A DNA stretch of 64,000 nucleotides from positions 1,472,001 through 1,536,000 of the forward strand of contig OZ242005.1 in NCBI GenBank assembly GCA_965204725.1, given 5' to 3'. The first letter of the stretch is position 1; each line of letters begins with the position of its first letter. Origin of the DNA: Candidatus Latescibacterota bacterium (GTDB taxonomy: Bacteria > Latescibacterota > UBA2968 > UBA8231). Both the position numbers and the translations under genes were made by a program. Below the pieces are notes generated by a model. That model had not been told where the DNA came from and made no database searches. It saw only the letters and a list, made by a program, of their open reading frames with translations. This document shows positions 18,287 through 28,295 of the stretch, piece by piece.

Positions 18287-20238
18287 CGGCTGGCCGGAAA
18301 CTCTGCTTCCCATAAGGTGCGGTTCTCTGCGGAAATCCACTGGCCGATATGGATGCGGCCGATGGCGTAGTCGGGGAGTTGGGCGATAGCGATACATTGG
18401 TCGCCGCGCCGGAAGCCGATCCACTCGAAATAGAAGTCGAGATTTTCGGAATCGTACTGTTGGTGATGGATTGGCAGGTCGGCCGGGTCGGCTGGGACGA
18501 CGTGCAAGACGAACTTGGCCTGCGTGTCCGCCGGGGCACACGGTGCTTTGCGGTAGATCAGCTTGCGTCCGGTGCGGTACACGGTCCAGCCGGCGTGGAC
18601 CACTTGTTCGCTGGCCTGTTGGATGAGTTGCTCCACATAGCGTTGTCTCTGGGCGCGATGCCTCGCCGCATCGAAGGGTTCGTACGCCGTGCGGCGGAGT
18701 ACAGCACCATCGGCCAGTTCGGCCACGGTTTCCACGCCAGATAGGACGCGGATGTCCACGCCATCGCAGTCGAGAGAAGATCGATAACCCCTCTCAAACC
18801 AAACGATATGCGCCCCGGCCTCGATCTGGGTCCACCGCATCCTGTTCAAGATTTCTTGGTACTTGCTTGGGGCCGCGGTCCGATTCGCAAACCAAGCAAG
18901 GTCTCTGGTGTTGCTATAAATCCGGCCCTCTATGCGGTTGTCCCGCAGGTAGGACAAGAGCTTGGAATGTTGCCAGCGGGCGGTGTTGAACATCCAGTTT
19001 TCTTCGTATCCGACTCTCCACGCTTGGGCGGTAAGACGGAGGTTTTCTCGCGCCGAGAAGCCGATATGGGCGAGGATGGTCAGCACGGCGAGGGCCGCCA
19101 CAACGTAGCGGCCGGCCGCCATCCAGCCCGCCGCCTCGATGGACAGGAGCCGGTCCAGCAAGAACACCCCGGCCACCAGCAACGGCACGTACATCGGCAG
19201 CAGGTAACGGACGGGGAACGCAACGGGGATCACGAGCGGCACGATGGCGACGATGAGGACGAGGTAGGCTACGGCGAACACCCCGAATGGGAGGGCCGGC
19301 CCCAACCCGAAGGTCTGCCCATCCATGCCTAAACTGCGACCCGACCAAACGACGACAGCCCCCGCTGCCAGAACGACCAGCCCGGCCGCCACCGCTATGA
19401 GATAACCAAATCCGTCCGGCGCGTTGGGGGGAATCATCCAATCCCGGAATACATCCGCCGCTCGGCTCAGCCCATCGGACAGGGACTGCCCCGATGCTTT
19501 TCTCCGCCCGGTCAGGGTCCCGGAGACCGCCCAGTTGTACGTCAGCACCCCCGCGAGGGGAATGGATGAGATAGCCCCATAAGCGATGGCGTGCTTTAAC
19601 CGGGCGGCCAGCGGCGGGGCGCGACGCACCAGCAGCATGAGGAGTCCGGTGCCGATGAGCACCACGCCCGCATAGCGGGTCAGCGCGGCCAAGGCGGTGA
19701 AAACCGCCGCCCACCACAGGGGCGCGTCTGTCTTGCGGTTGAGGAAGGTCGCCAACTGGATCAAGGCGAGGAGCGTCAACAGGACGAAGAGGGAATCGCT
19801 CATGAGGTGGGACGCCCAACTGCTCAGGGGCAGGGAGGCGGCGAGGGTCGCGGTGGCGGCCAGCACCAATAGCCGCGACCGGAGATTGGTGCGCAGCCAG
19901 CACCCGGCGGCGAGGATGGTCAGCCCAAAGGCGGTGGCGTTGATCAACCGCCCCGCTTCCAGCGGCTCGATGCCGACCCAACCGAAGGCCGCCAGCAGCA
20001 GGGGGAACAAGGGCGGCCATCTCACCAGCGGTTTGCCCGCGAGATCACGCCAGCCCTCTCCCGCGAAGAAGTTTAGGGCCGTAGAGAGGAAAGAGATGGA
20101 GTCCGTGGTGACGGCCGCGCCGTAGGTGGCGGTGCGGACGAGGATATGGGCGGTGCCCAGTCCGGCGAGGACGACGAGGAGCAGGGTGAAAGGATCGCGC
20201 CCGAACCGGGCGATCCACTTGATGGCGGAGTGATTCAT
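18283..20238 (-). CDS. Array copy 10
   Basis: Start trimmed to ATG 20238 (MNHSAIKW) by alignment. Confidence 0.82.
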   Translation of the reverse strand: MNHSAIKWIARFGRDPFTLLLVVLAGLGTAHILVRTATYGAAVTTDSISFLSTALNFFAGEGWRDLAGKPLVRWPPLFPLLLAAFGWVGIEPLEAGRLINATAFGLTILAAGCWLRTNLRSRLLVLAATATLAASLPLSSWASHLMSDSLFVLLTLLALIQLATFLNRKTDAPLWWAAVFTALAALTRYAGVVLIGTGLLMLLVRRAPPLAARLKHAIAYGAISSIPLAGVLTYNWAVSGTLTGRRKASGQSLSDGLSRAADVFRDWMIPPNAPDGFGYLIAVAAGLVVLAAGAVVVWSGRSLGMDGQTFGLGPALPFGVFAVAYLVLIVAIVPLVIPVAFPVRYLLPMYVPLLVAGVFLLDRLLSIEAAGWMAAGRYVVAALAVLTILAHIGFSARENLRLTAQAWRVGYEENWMFNTARWQHSKLLSYLRDNRIEGRIYSNTRDLAWFANRTAAPSKYQEILNRMRWTQIEAGAHIVWFERGYRSSLDCDGVDIRVLSGVETVAELADGAVLRRTAYEPFDAARHRAQRQRYVEQLIQQASEQVVHAGWTVYRTGRKLIYRKAPCAPADTQAKFVLHVVPADPADLPIHHQQYDSENLDFYFEWIGFRRGDQCIAIAQLPDYAIGRIHIGQWISAENRTLWEAEFPASR

Positions 20239-20275
20239 CTTGGACAGGGTAATATACAAATTAGGGCGTCCTATA

Positions 20276-22213
20276 TCACCGGCCGGCCGACAACTCCGCT
20301 TCCCAAAGGGTGCGGTCCTCTTCGGCAATCCACTGGCCGATATGGATGCGGTTGATGGCGTAGCTGGGGAGTCGGACGATTGCGATACACTGGTCGCCGA
20401 GCCGCTCGCCGATCCAGTCGAAGTAGAAGTCGAGATTATCCGAATCGTACTGTTGGCGGCCGGGTGACAGGTCGGCCGGATCGACGGGGACGACGTGTAA
20501 GACGAACTTCGCCTGTACGTCCGCGGGGACGCACGGCCCTTTGCGGTAGATCAACCTGCGTCCGTTACGGTACACGCTCCAGCCGGCGCGGACCACTTGC
20601 TCGTCAGCCTGTTGGATGAGTTGGTCAACATAGCGTTGTTTCCGGGCGCGATGCCTTTTCACATCGAAGGATTCAGACGCCGTGCGGCGGAACACGACGC
20701 CATCGGCTAGTTCGGCCACGATTTCTACGCCGGGCAGGACCCGGAGGTCCAAGCCGCCGCGGTTGGAATAAGATCGCTCATAGTCCCTCTCAAACCAAAC
20801 GATATGCGCCCCGACCTCGATTTCGGCCCACCGCCTCTTGCTCGGGATTCTTTGGTGCTTTCCCGGGTCGGCGGTCCGATCCGCAAACCAAGCAAGGTAT
20901 CTGCGGTTGCTGTAAATCCGGCTCGCAATGGGGTTGTCCCGGAGGTACGTCAGGGTCTCGGATTGTTGCCAGTGGACGGTGTTGAACATCCAGTCTTCTT
21001 TGTACCCGGCGACATAAGCGTGGGTGGTAAGATGGAGGTTTCTTCGCGTCGAGAAGCCGATGTGGGTGAGGGATGCCAGCACGACGAGGGAGGCCACAAC
21101 GCAGCGGATGGCCACCATCCGGCCCGTAGCCTTGATCGAGAGGAACCGATCCAGTAAGAACGCGGCCGTCAACAGCAGCGGCACGTATATCGGCAGCAGG
21201 TAGCGGCTGTCGATACCCTGAGTAACCGTGAAGGGCACGACCGCGACCATGAATGCGATGTAGCCCACGGTAAACGCCCCGAATGGGAGTGCCGGCCCCC
21301 CAACCCGAAGGGATAGCGGCGCGGCCCTCTGGGTCCGGCTTGCGACCGCGCAGGTGGCCGCCGCGCTGGCGAGGACGACCGCGGCGACCGCCAGCCCCAG
21401 CAGATACGCAAGTCCATCCGGCGTTTGCGGGGGGACGATCCACTCGCGGACTACCTCGACGGTCTGGTGCAGCCCAGCGGATAAGGACTGCCTCAAAGGC
21501 TTTGTTCGGTGTCCTGTCGCTGCGGTCAGGTGCCCGGTGACCGCCCAGTTGCGCGCCAATACCGCCAGCAGGGGCACAGACGAGACCGCGCCAAAGACGA
21601 GGGGCGCCTGCCTTTGCCGGGCGAGGGGCAGCAGCACGAGGACGCCGGTGCCGATTAGGGCCACGCCCGGATAGCGGGTTATCGCGGCCAGTGCGGTGAA
21701 AACCGCCGCCAGCAGCAGGGGCGTCCTCCCACCGCGATGGAGAAAGGCCGCCAGTTGGATCAAGGCGAGGAGCGTCAACAGGACGAAGAGGGAATCGGTC
21801 ATGAAGTGGGACGCCCAATAGCTCAAGGGCAGGGAGGCCGCGAGGGTCGTGGTCGCGGCCAGCACCAACAGCCGCGACCGGAGATGCGAGCGCAGATAGC
21901 AGCCGGCGGCGAGGATGGTCAGCCCAAAGGCGGTGGCGTTGATCAACCGCCCCGCTTCCAGCGGCTCGATGCCGACCCAACCGAAGGCGGCCAGCAGCAG
22001 GGGGAACAAGGGCGGCCAAATCACCATCGGGTTGCCCGCGAAATCCCGCAGGCCCTCTCCCGCGAGGAAGTTTAGGGCCGTCGAAAGAAGACGAATGGAG
22101 TCTGTGCCGACCGCGGTGCCGTAGGTAGCGGTGCGGGCGAGGATGTTCGCGGTGCCCAGCCCGGCGAGGACGACGATGAGCAGGGTGATCCACTTGATGG
22201 CGGAACACTTCAT
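20276..22213 (-). CDS. Array copy 11
   Basis: ATG 22213 (MKCSAIKW) overlaps the TGA of copy 12 (ATGA). Confidence 0.82.
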   Translation of the reverse strand: MKCSAIKWITLLIVVLAGLGTANILARTATYGTAVGTDSIRLLSTALNFLAGEGLRDFAGNPMVIWPPLFPLLLAAFGWVGIEPLEAGRLINATAFGLTILAAGCYLRSHLRSRLLVLAATTTLAASLPLSYWASHFMTDSLFVLLTLLALIQLAAFLHRGGRTPLLLAAVFTALAAITRYPGVALIGTGVLVLLPLARQRQAPLVFGAVSSVPLLAVLARNWAVTGHLTAATGHRTKPLRQSLSAGLHQTVEVVREWIVPPQTPDGLAYLLGLAVAAVVLASAAATCAVASRTQRAAPLSLRVGGPALPFGAFTVGYIAFMVAVVPFTVTQGIDSRYLLPIYVPLLLTAAFLLDRFLSIKATGRMVAIRCVVASLVVLASLTHIGFSTRRNLHLTTHAYVAGYKEDWMFNTVHWQQSETLTYLRDNPIASRIYSNRRYLAWFADRTADPGKHQRIPSKRRWAEIEVGAHIVWFERDYERSYSNRGGLDLRVLPGVEIVAELADGVVFRRTASESFDVKRHRARKQRYVDQLIQQADEQVVRAGWSVYRNGRRLIYRKGPCVPADVQAKFVLHVVPVDPADLSPGRQQYDSDNLDFYFDWIGERLGDQCIAIVRLPSYAINRIHIGQWIAEEDRTLWEAELSAGR

Positions 22214-24192
22214 CTTGGCGGAAACTCCGCTTCCCAAAGGGTGCGGTCCTCTTCGGCAATCCACTGGCCGATATGGATGCGGTCGATGGCGTAGCTGGGG
22301 AGTCGGACGATTGCGATGCACTGGTCGCCGAGGCGGAAGCCGAGCCAGTCGAAATAGAAGTCGAGATTATCCGAATCGTACTGTTGGCGGTGGACTGGCA
22401 GGTCGGCCGGATCGGCCGGGACGAGGTGCAAAATGAACTTCGCCTGTATGTCCGCGGGGACGCACGGCTCTTTGCGGTAGATCAGTGTGCGTCCCGTGCG
22501 GTACACGTTCCAACCGGCGCGGACCACTTGCTCGTCGGCCTGTTGGATGAGTTGGTCAACGTAGCGTTGTTTCCGAGCGTGATGCCTTTTCTTATCCAAG
22601 GGTTCGTACGCTGTGCGGCGGAGGACGAGGCCGTCGGCCAGTTCGGCCACGGTTTCCATGCCGGGCAGCAGACGGAGGTCCAAGCCGCTGCGGGAGAAAT
22701 GAGTTCGATCATAGACCCTCTCAAACCGAACGATATGCGCCCCGGCTTCGATTTCGGTCCACCGCCTCTTGCCCGGGATTTTCCTGCCTAGGATTTGTTG
22801 GTGTTTTCCCGGAGCCGCGGTCCGCTCCGCAAACCAAGCAGAGTATCTGTCGTTGGTGTAAATCCGGCCCGCAATGGGGTTGTCCCGGAGGTACGTCAGG
22901 GTCGCGGAATGTTGCGAACGGGCGGTGTTGAACATCCAGTCTTCTTCGTACCCGACGACATAAGCGCGGGCAGTAAGACGGAGGTTTTCGTGCGCCGAGC
23001 AGCATAAGTGGGCGAGGGTGGCCAGCAAGACGAGGGCCGCCACAGCGTAGCGGACAGCCGCCATCCGGCCCGTAGCCTCGATGGACAGGAACCGATCTAG
23101 CAGGAACACGGCCGTCAACAGCAGCGGCACGTATATCGGCAGCAAGTAACGGACGGGGAACTCAACGGGGACCACGAGCGGCACGATGACCACCGTGAAT
23201 ACGAGGTAGATCGCGGCGAACCCCCCGAATGGGAGTGCCGGCCCCAACCCGAAGGATGGCGACTTGCCGCCCATGCCTAAGCCGCGACCAGCCAGAACGA
23301 CGACCGCCCCCGCTGCCAGAACAACCAGCCCGGTCGCTATCCACAGGAGATACGCCAACCCGTCCGGCGCGTTCGGAGGAATCACCCACCCCCGGAATAC
23401 ATCCGCCACTCGGCTCAGCGAATCGGATAGAGACTGCCCCGAGAGCTCTTTTCTGTACCCTGCTGCCAAGGTCAGGTCCCCGGTGACCGCCCAGTTGTGC
23501 GCCAATACCGCCAGCAAGGGCACGGACGAGATCGCGCCAAAGACGAGGGTCTGCCTTCGCCGAGCGAGGGGCAGCAGGATGAGGACGCCGGTGCCGACCA
23601 GCACCACGCCCGAATAGCGGGTTATTGCGGCCAGCGCGGTGAAAACCGCCGCCCACCACAGGGGCGCGGCCGTCCGCTGGCTGAGGAAGGCCGCCAACTG
23701 GATCAAGGCGAGGAGCGTAAACAAGACGAAAAGGGCGTCGGTCATGAAGTGGGACGCCCAACGGCTCAAGGGCAGGGAGGCCGCGAGGGTCGCGGTGGCG
23801 GCCAGCGTCAGCCACTGCGACCGGAGATTCGAGCGCAACCAGCCCCCAGCGGCGAGGATGGTCAGCCCGAAGGTGGTGGCGTTGATCAGCCGCCCCGCCT
23901 CCAGCGGATCGATGCCGACCCAACCGAGAGCCGCCAGCAGCAGGGGGAACAAGGGCGGCCATTCTACCGTTGAGTTGCCTTTGAAATCCCGCCAGCCCTC
24001 TCCGGCGAGGAAGTTCAGGGCCGTAGAAAGGAAAGCTATGGAGTCCTGAGTGACCGCGGCACCGTAGGTGGCGGTGCGGACGAGGACGTGTGCGGTGCCT
24101 AGTCCGGCGAGGACGATGATTAGCAGGGTGAAAGGATCGCGCCCGAACCGGGTGATCCACTCGGGGGCGGAGTGCTTCAGCAAATTCCACAT
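22210..24192 (-). CDS. Array copy 12
   Basis: Start near ATG 24192 (MWNLLKHSAPEW); a nearby TTG is an alternative. Confidence 0.8.
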   Translation of the reverse strand: MWNLLKHSAPEWITRFGRDPFTLLIIVLAGLGTAHVLVRTATYGAAVTQDSIAFLSTALNFLAGEGWRDFKGNSTVEWPPLFPLLLAALGWVGIDPLEAGRLINATTFGLTILAAGGWLRSNLRSQWLTLAATATLAASLPLSRWASHFMTDALFVLFTLLALIQLAAFLSQRTAAPLWWAAVFTALAAITRYSGVVLVGTGVLILLPLARRRQTLVFGAISSVPLLAVLAHNWAVTGDLTLAAGYRKELSGQSLSDSLSRVADVFRGWVIPPNAPDGLAYLLWIATGLVVLAAGAVVVLAGRGLGMGGKSPSFGLGPALPFGGFAAIYLVFTVVIVPLVVPVEFPVRYLLPIYVPLLLTAVFLLDRFLSIEATGRMAAVRYAVAALVLLATLAHLCCSAHENLRLTARAYVVGYEEDWMFNTARSQHSATLTYLRDNPIAGRIYTNDRYSAWFAERTAAPGKHQQILGRKIPGKRRWTEIEAGAHIVRFERVYDRTHFSRSGLDLRLLPGMETVAELADGLVLRRTAYEPLDKKRHHARKQRYVDQLIQQADEQVVRAGWNVYRTGRTLIYRKEPCVPADIQAKFILHLVPADPADLPVHRQQYDSDNLDFYFDWLGFRLGDQCIAIVRLPSYAIDRIHIGQWIAEEDRTLWEAEFPPR

Positions 24193-24206
24193 GGAGTTTT
24201 GGGTAT

Positions 24207-24302
24207 GAGATACTTCGCTTCGCTCAGTATGACAAGGGCTGGGGCATGAAGTCCCCGTCTGTGTGTCATGCTGAGCGCAGCGTAGCGCAGTCGAAGCATC
24301 TC
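24207..24302. repeat. REP-like inverted repeat pair between copies 12 and 13
   Basis: GAGATACTTCGCTTCGCTCAGTATGACA ... TGTCATGCTGAGCGCAGCGTAGCGCAGTCGAAGCATCTC; resembles the GTCATxCTGAGCGxAGCGAAG extragenic repeat type. Confidence 0.7.
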
Positions 24303-24334
24303 TACATGCTTGCAAGTCATTTAGGACGGCTATA

Positions 24335-26293
24335 TCACCGGCTGGCCGGCAACTCCGCTTCCCAGACGGTGCGGTCCTCTTCGGCAATCCACTGGCCGAC
24401 ATAGATGCGGTCAATGGCGTAGGCGGGGAGCGGGATGATTATCGTACACTGGTCGCCGAGATAGAAGCCGTGCTGGTGGAAATAGAAGTCGAGATTGTCA
24501 GAATCGTACTGTTGGCGGCGGACTGGCAGGTCGGCGGGGTCGGTGGGGACGACGTGCAGAACGAACTTCGCCTGCACATCCGCGGGGCCGCACGGCTTTT
24601 TGAAGTAGAGCAGTTTGCGTCCCGTGCGATACACGTTCCAGCCAGCGCGAGCTACTCGGTCGCTGGCCTGTTGGATGAGTTGGTTCATGTAGCGTTGTTT
24701 GCGGGCGCGATGCTTGTCTGCATTGAAGGGTTCAGTTGCCGTGCGGCGGAGGACGAGGCCGTCGGCCAGTTCGGCCACGATTTCCATGCCGGGCAGGACG
24801 CGGAGGTCGAGGTCGTCGTGGCCGAGATAACCGCGGATAAAGCCCTTCTCAAGCCAAACGATATGCGCCCCGGCCTCAATCTCGGTCCACCGCATCTTGC
24901 GCGGGAGATTTAGGTGCTTTTTGGGAATAGCAGTCCGATCCGCAAACCAAACAAGGGGTCTGTAGTTGCTGTAAATCCTGCCCTCTATGCGGTTGTCCCG
25001 CAGGTAGTTCAGGGTCTCGGAATGTTGCCAAAAGGCGGCGTTGTACATCCAGTCTTGTTCGGCGACATAAGCCTTGGTAGTAAGACGGAGGTTCCTGTGT
25101 ACGGAGAAGCCGACGTGGGTGAGAGTGCCCAGCACGACGAGGGCCGCCACAACGTAGCGGGCGGCCACCATCCGGCCCGCCGCCTCGATAGACAGGAACC
25201 GATCCAGCAGGAACCCCGCCGCCAACAGCAGCGGCACGTATATCGGCAGTAGGTAGCGGCTGTCGATTGTCTGATGAACTGTGAAGGGCACGACGGCGAT
25301 GATGAATACGGAGTAGATCACGGCGAACCCCCCGAAGGGGAGAGCCGGCCCCAAGCGGAAAGAGGCCGGTGCGGCCTCTGAGTCCGGCTGACGACGACCA
25401 AGGACTACTACGGTGCTGGCGAGGACGACCGCTACGACCGCCAGCCCCAGCAGATACGCCAATCCATCCGGCGCGTTTGGGGGGACGACCCACTCGTGGA
25501 ACACCTCGACAGTCTGGCGCAGCCCGGCGGATAGGGACTGCCCCGTCGGCTCTAGCTCTGGTCTGTTGCCTGTTGCCCGGGTCAGGTGCCCGGTGGCCGC
25601 CCAGTTGTGCGCCAATACCGCCAGCAGGGGCACAGACGAGATCGCGCCAAAGACGACGGTGTGCTTCCACCGGGCGAGGGGCAGCAGTAGCAGGACGCCG
25701 GTGCCGATCAGAGCCACGCCCGGATAGCGGGTTATCGCGGCCAGTGCGGTGAAAACCGCGCCCAGCAGCAAGGGGGTCCTCCCGCCGCGATGGAGGAAGG
25801 ACGCCAACTGGATCAAGGCGAGGAGCGTCAACAGGATGAAGAGGGAATCGGTCATAAGGTGGGACGCCGAATGGCTCAAGGGCCGGGAGGCCGCGACGAT
25901 CGCGGTGGCGGCCAGCGCCAGCCCCTGCGACCGGAGATTGGAGTGCAACCAGCACCCGGCGACGAGGATGGTCAGTCCAAAGGCCGCGGCGTTGATCCAC
26001 CGACCGGCCTCCAGCGGATCGATGCCGACCCAACTGCTGGCCGCCAGCAACAGGGGGAACAAGGGCGGCCATAACGTCAGCGGCCTACCCGCGAAATCCC
26101 GCCAACCCTCGCCCGCGAGGAAGTTCAGGACCGTAGAAAGGAAATATGTGGCGTCCACGGTGATCGCCGCGCCGTAGGCCGCGGTGCGGACGAGGATGTG
26201 CGCGGTGCTCAGCCCGGCGAGGACGACGATGAGCAGGGTGAAGGGGTCTCGATAGAACCGGACGAGCCACTTGATGGCGGAGTGCTTCAGCAA
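24335..26293 (-). CDS. Array copy 13
   Basis: TTG start at 26293 with AGGAGG 7 nt upstream (cctcct at 26301-26306). Confidence 0.82.
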   Translation of the reverse strand: MLKHSAIKWLVRFYRDPFTLLIVVLAGLSTAHILVRTAAYGAAITVDATYFLSTVLNFLAGEGWRDFAGRPLTLWPPLFPLLLAASSWVGIDPLEAGRWINAAAFGLTILVAGCWLHSNLRSQGLALAATAIVAASRPLSHSASHLMTDSLFILLTLLALIQLASFLHRGGRTPLLLGAVFTALAAITRYPGVALIGTGVLLLLPLARWKHTVVFGAISSVPLLAVLAHNWAATGHLTRATGNRPELEPTGQSLSAGLRQTVEVFHEWVVPPNAPDGLAYLLGLAVVAVVLASTVVVLGRRQPDSEAAPASFRLGPALPFGGFAVIYSVFIIAVVPFTVHQTIDSRYLLPIYVPLLLAAGFLLDRFLSIEAAGRMVAARYVVAALVVLGTLTHVGFSVHRNLRLTTKAYVAEQDWMYNAAFWQHSETLNYLRDNRIEGRIYSNYRPLVWFADRTAIPKKHLNLPRKMRWTEIEAGAHIVWLEKGFIRGYLGHDDLDLRVLPGMEIVAELADGLVLRRTATEPFNADKHRARKQRYMNQLIQQASDRVARAGWNVYRTGRKLLYFKKPCGPADVQAKFVLHVVPTDPADLPVRRQQYDSDNLDFYFHQHGFYLGDQCTIIIPLPAYAIDRIYVGQWIAEEDRTVWEAELPASR

Positions 26294-26309
26294 ATTGGGG
26301 CCTCCTGTG

Positions 26310-28283
26310 TCACGGGCTGGCCGGCAACTCCGCTTCCCAGACGGTGCGGTCCTCTGCGGGAATCCACTGGCCGACATAGATGCGGCTGATGGCATAGTCG
26401 GGGAGTTGGATGAGCACTGTACACTGGTCGTCAACTCGCTCGCCGTGCCAGTCGAAAGGGAAGTCGAGATTGTCAGAACCGTACTGCTGACGGTGGGCTG
26501 GCAGGTTTGCCGGATCGACGGGGACGACGTGCAAGACGAACTTCGCCTGCACGTCTGACGGGGCGCATGGCTCTTTGAAGTAGATCAGCTTGCGTCCGGT
26601 GCGGTACACGCCCCAGCCGGCGCGAACCACCTGTTCGCTGGCTTGTTGGATGAGTTGCTGCACGTAGCGTTGTTTGCGGGCGCGATGCCTTTTTGCATCG
26701 AAGGGTTCGGCCGCTGTTACGCGGAACACAAAGCCTTCGGCCAGTTCGGCCACGAGTTCCACGCCGGGCAGGACCTGGAGGTCGAAGGTATCGTAGCCGT
26801 ACAGACCGAGTCTATTATTGAACTTTCGGAACCAAACGATATGCGCCCCAGCCTCGATTTCGGTCCACTGCATATTGCGCGGGAGATTGCGGTACTTTCC
26901 CGGGGGAGCGCTCCTATTCGCAAACCAAGCAAGTCTGTCGCGGTCGCTGTAAACCCTGCCCTCGATATGGTGGTCCCGGATGTAATTCAGGATCTCAGAA
27001 TGTTGCCAACGGGGGGCGTTAAAACTATGGGCCGGGTATCCGAAGACATAAGCGTGGGCGGTACGACGGAGGTTTCTTCGCGCCGAGAAGCATAAGTGAG
27101 TGAGGGTGGCCAGCAAGACGAGGGACACCAGCCCGTAGCGGACGGCAATCCGCCAGCCTGCCGCCTCGATGGACAGGAACCAGTCCAGCAGGAACACGGT
27201 CGCCAACAGCAGCGGCACGTATATCGGCAGCAGGTAGCGGCTGTCGATTTGCTTCTCAGTCGTGGAGGGCACCACGGCGATCAGGAATACGAGGTAGATC
27301 ACGGTGAATACCCCGAATGGGAGCACCGGTCCCAAGCGGACATACACCGGCGCGGCCTCTGGGGCGTACCGGCGACTGCGAAGGACGACCGCGACGCCGG
27401 CGAGAACGACCGCGGCGACCGCCAGCCACAGCAGATACGCCAACTCATCCGGCGTGTGCCGGGGGACGATCCACGCACGGAACACCTCGACGGTCTGATC
27501 CAGCCCATCGGATAGGGACTGACCCGAAGACGTTGGTCTGTACCCTGCTGCTTGGGTCAGGTATCCGCTGGCCGCCCAGTTGCGGACCAATACCGCCAGC
27601 AAGGGGACGGACGAGACCGCGCCAAAGACGAGGGTCTGCCTTAGCCGGGCGAAGGGCAGCAGGATGAGGACACCGGTGCCGATCAGGGCTACGCCCGGAT
27701 AGCGGGTTATCGCAGTCAGCGCGGTGAAAACCGCCGCCCACCACAGGGGCGCATTCGCCCTTCGGTTGAGGAAGGCCGCTAACTGCATCAGGGCGAAGAG
27801 CGTCAACAGGGCGAAGAGCGAATCGGTCAAGAAGCGTGCCGCGATATCGCTCAAAGGATAGGAGGCCGTGAGGGTCGCGGTGGCGGCCAGTGCCAGCCAC
27901 TGCGACCGGAGATTCGAGCGCAGCCAGCACCCGGCGACGAGGATGGTCAGCCCGGCGGCAACCGCGTTGATCCACCGACCGGCCTCCAGCAGATCGATGC
28001 CAACCCAACCGAAGGCCGCCAGCAACAGGGGAAACAAGGGCGGCCATTCAGTCAGCGGAGCGCCCGTAAGATGCCGCCAGCCCCCTCCCGCGAGGAAGTT
28101 CATGGCCGAAAAAAGGAAATCTACGGAGTCCTCGCCGATCCCCGCGCCGTAGGTGGCGGTGCGGACGAGGATGTGCGCGGTGCCCAGCCCGGCGAGGACG
28201 ACGATGAGCAGCGCGAAGGGGTCGCGCCGGAATCGGGCGAACCACGCGATGGCAGAGCACTTCAGCAAATTCATTCTCCACAT
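26310..28283 (-). CDS. Array copy 14
   Basis: 657-aa ORF, same motifs; exact start uncertain (28268, 28274 or 28283). Confidence 0.82.
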   Translation of the reverse strand: MWRMNLLKCSAIAWFARFRRDPFALLIVVLAGLGTAHILVRTATYGAGIGEDSVDFLFSAMNFLAGGGWRHLTGAPLTEWPPLFPLLLAAFGWVGIDLLEAGRWINAVAAGLTILVAGCWLRSNLRSQWLALAATATLTASYPLSDIAARFLTDSLFALLTLFALMQLAAFLNRRANAPLWWAAVFTALTAITRYPGVALIGTGVLILLPFARLRQTLVFGAVSSVPLLAVLVRNWAASGYLTQAAGYRPTSSGQSLSDGLDQTVEVFRAWIVPRHTPDELAYLLWLAVAAVVLAGVAVVLRSRRYAPEAAPVYVRLGPVLPFGVFTVIYLVFLIAVVPSTTEKQIDSRYLLPIYVPLLLATVFLLDWFLSIEAAGWRIAVRYGLVSLVLLATLTHLCFSARRNLRRTAHAYVFGYPAHSFNAPRWQHSEILNYIRDHHIEGRVYSDRDRLAWFANRSAPPGKYRNLPRNMQWTEIEAGAHIVWFRKFNNRLGLYGYDTFDLQVLPGVELVAELAEGFVFRVTAAEPFDAKRHRARKQRYVQQLIQQASEQVVRAGWGVYRTGRKLIYFKEPCAPSDVQAKFVLHVVPVDPANLPAHRQQYGSDNLDFPFDWHGERVDDQCTVLIQLPDYAISRIYVGQWIPAEDRTVWEAELPASP

Positions 28284-28295
28284 AAGCGTCCGGTA

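Noticed and set aside
9413-26434. Long N-terminal extensions of array ORFs overlapping the upstream copy (possible frameshift fusions)
   Set aside because: Alignment places the real starts at or just after the upstream stop (GTGA/ATGA or RBS-supported). No slippery sequence was noticed, and open alternate frames are expected at this GC content.
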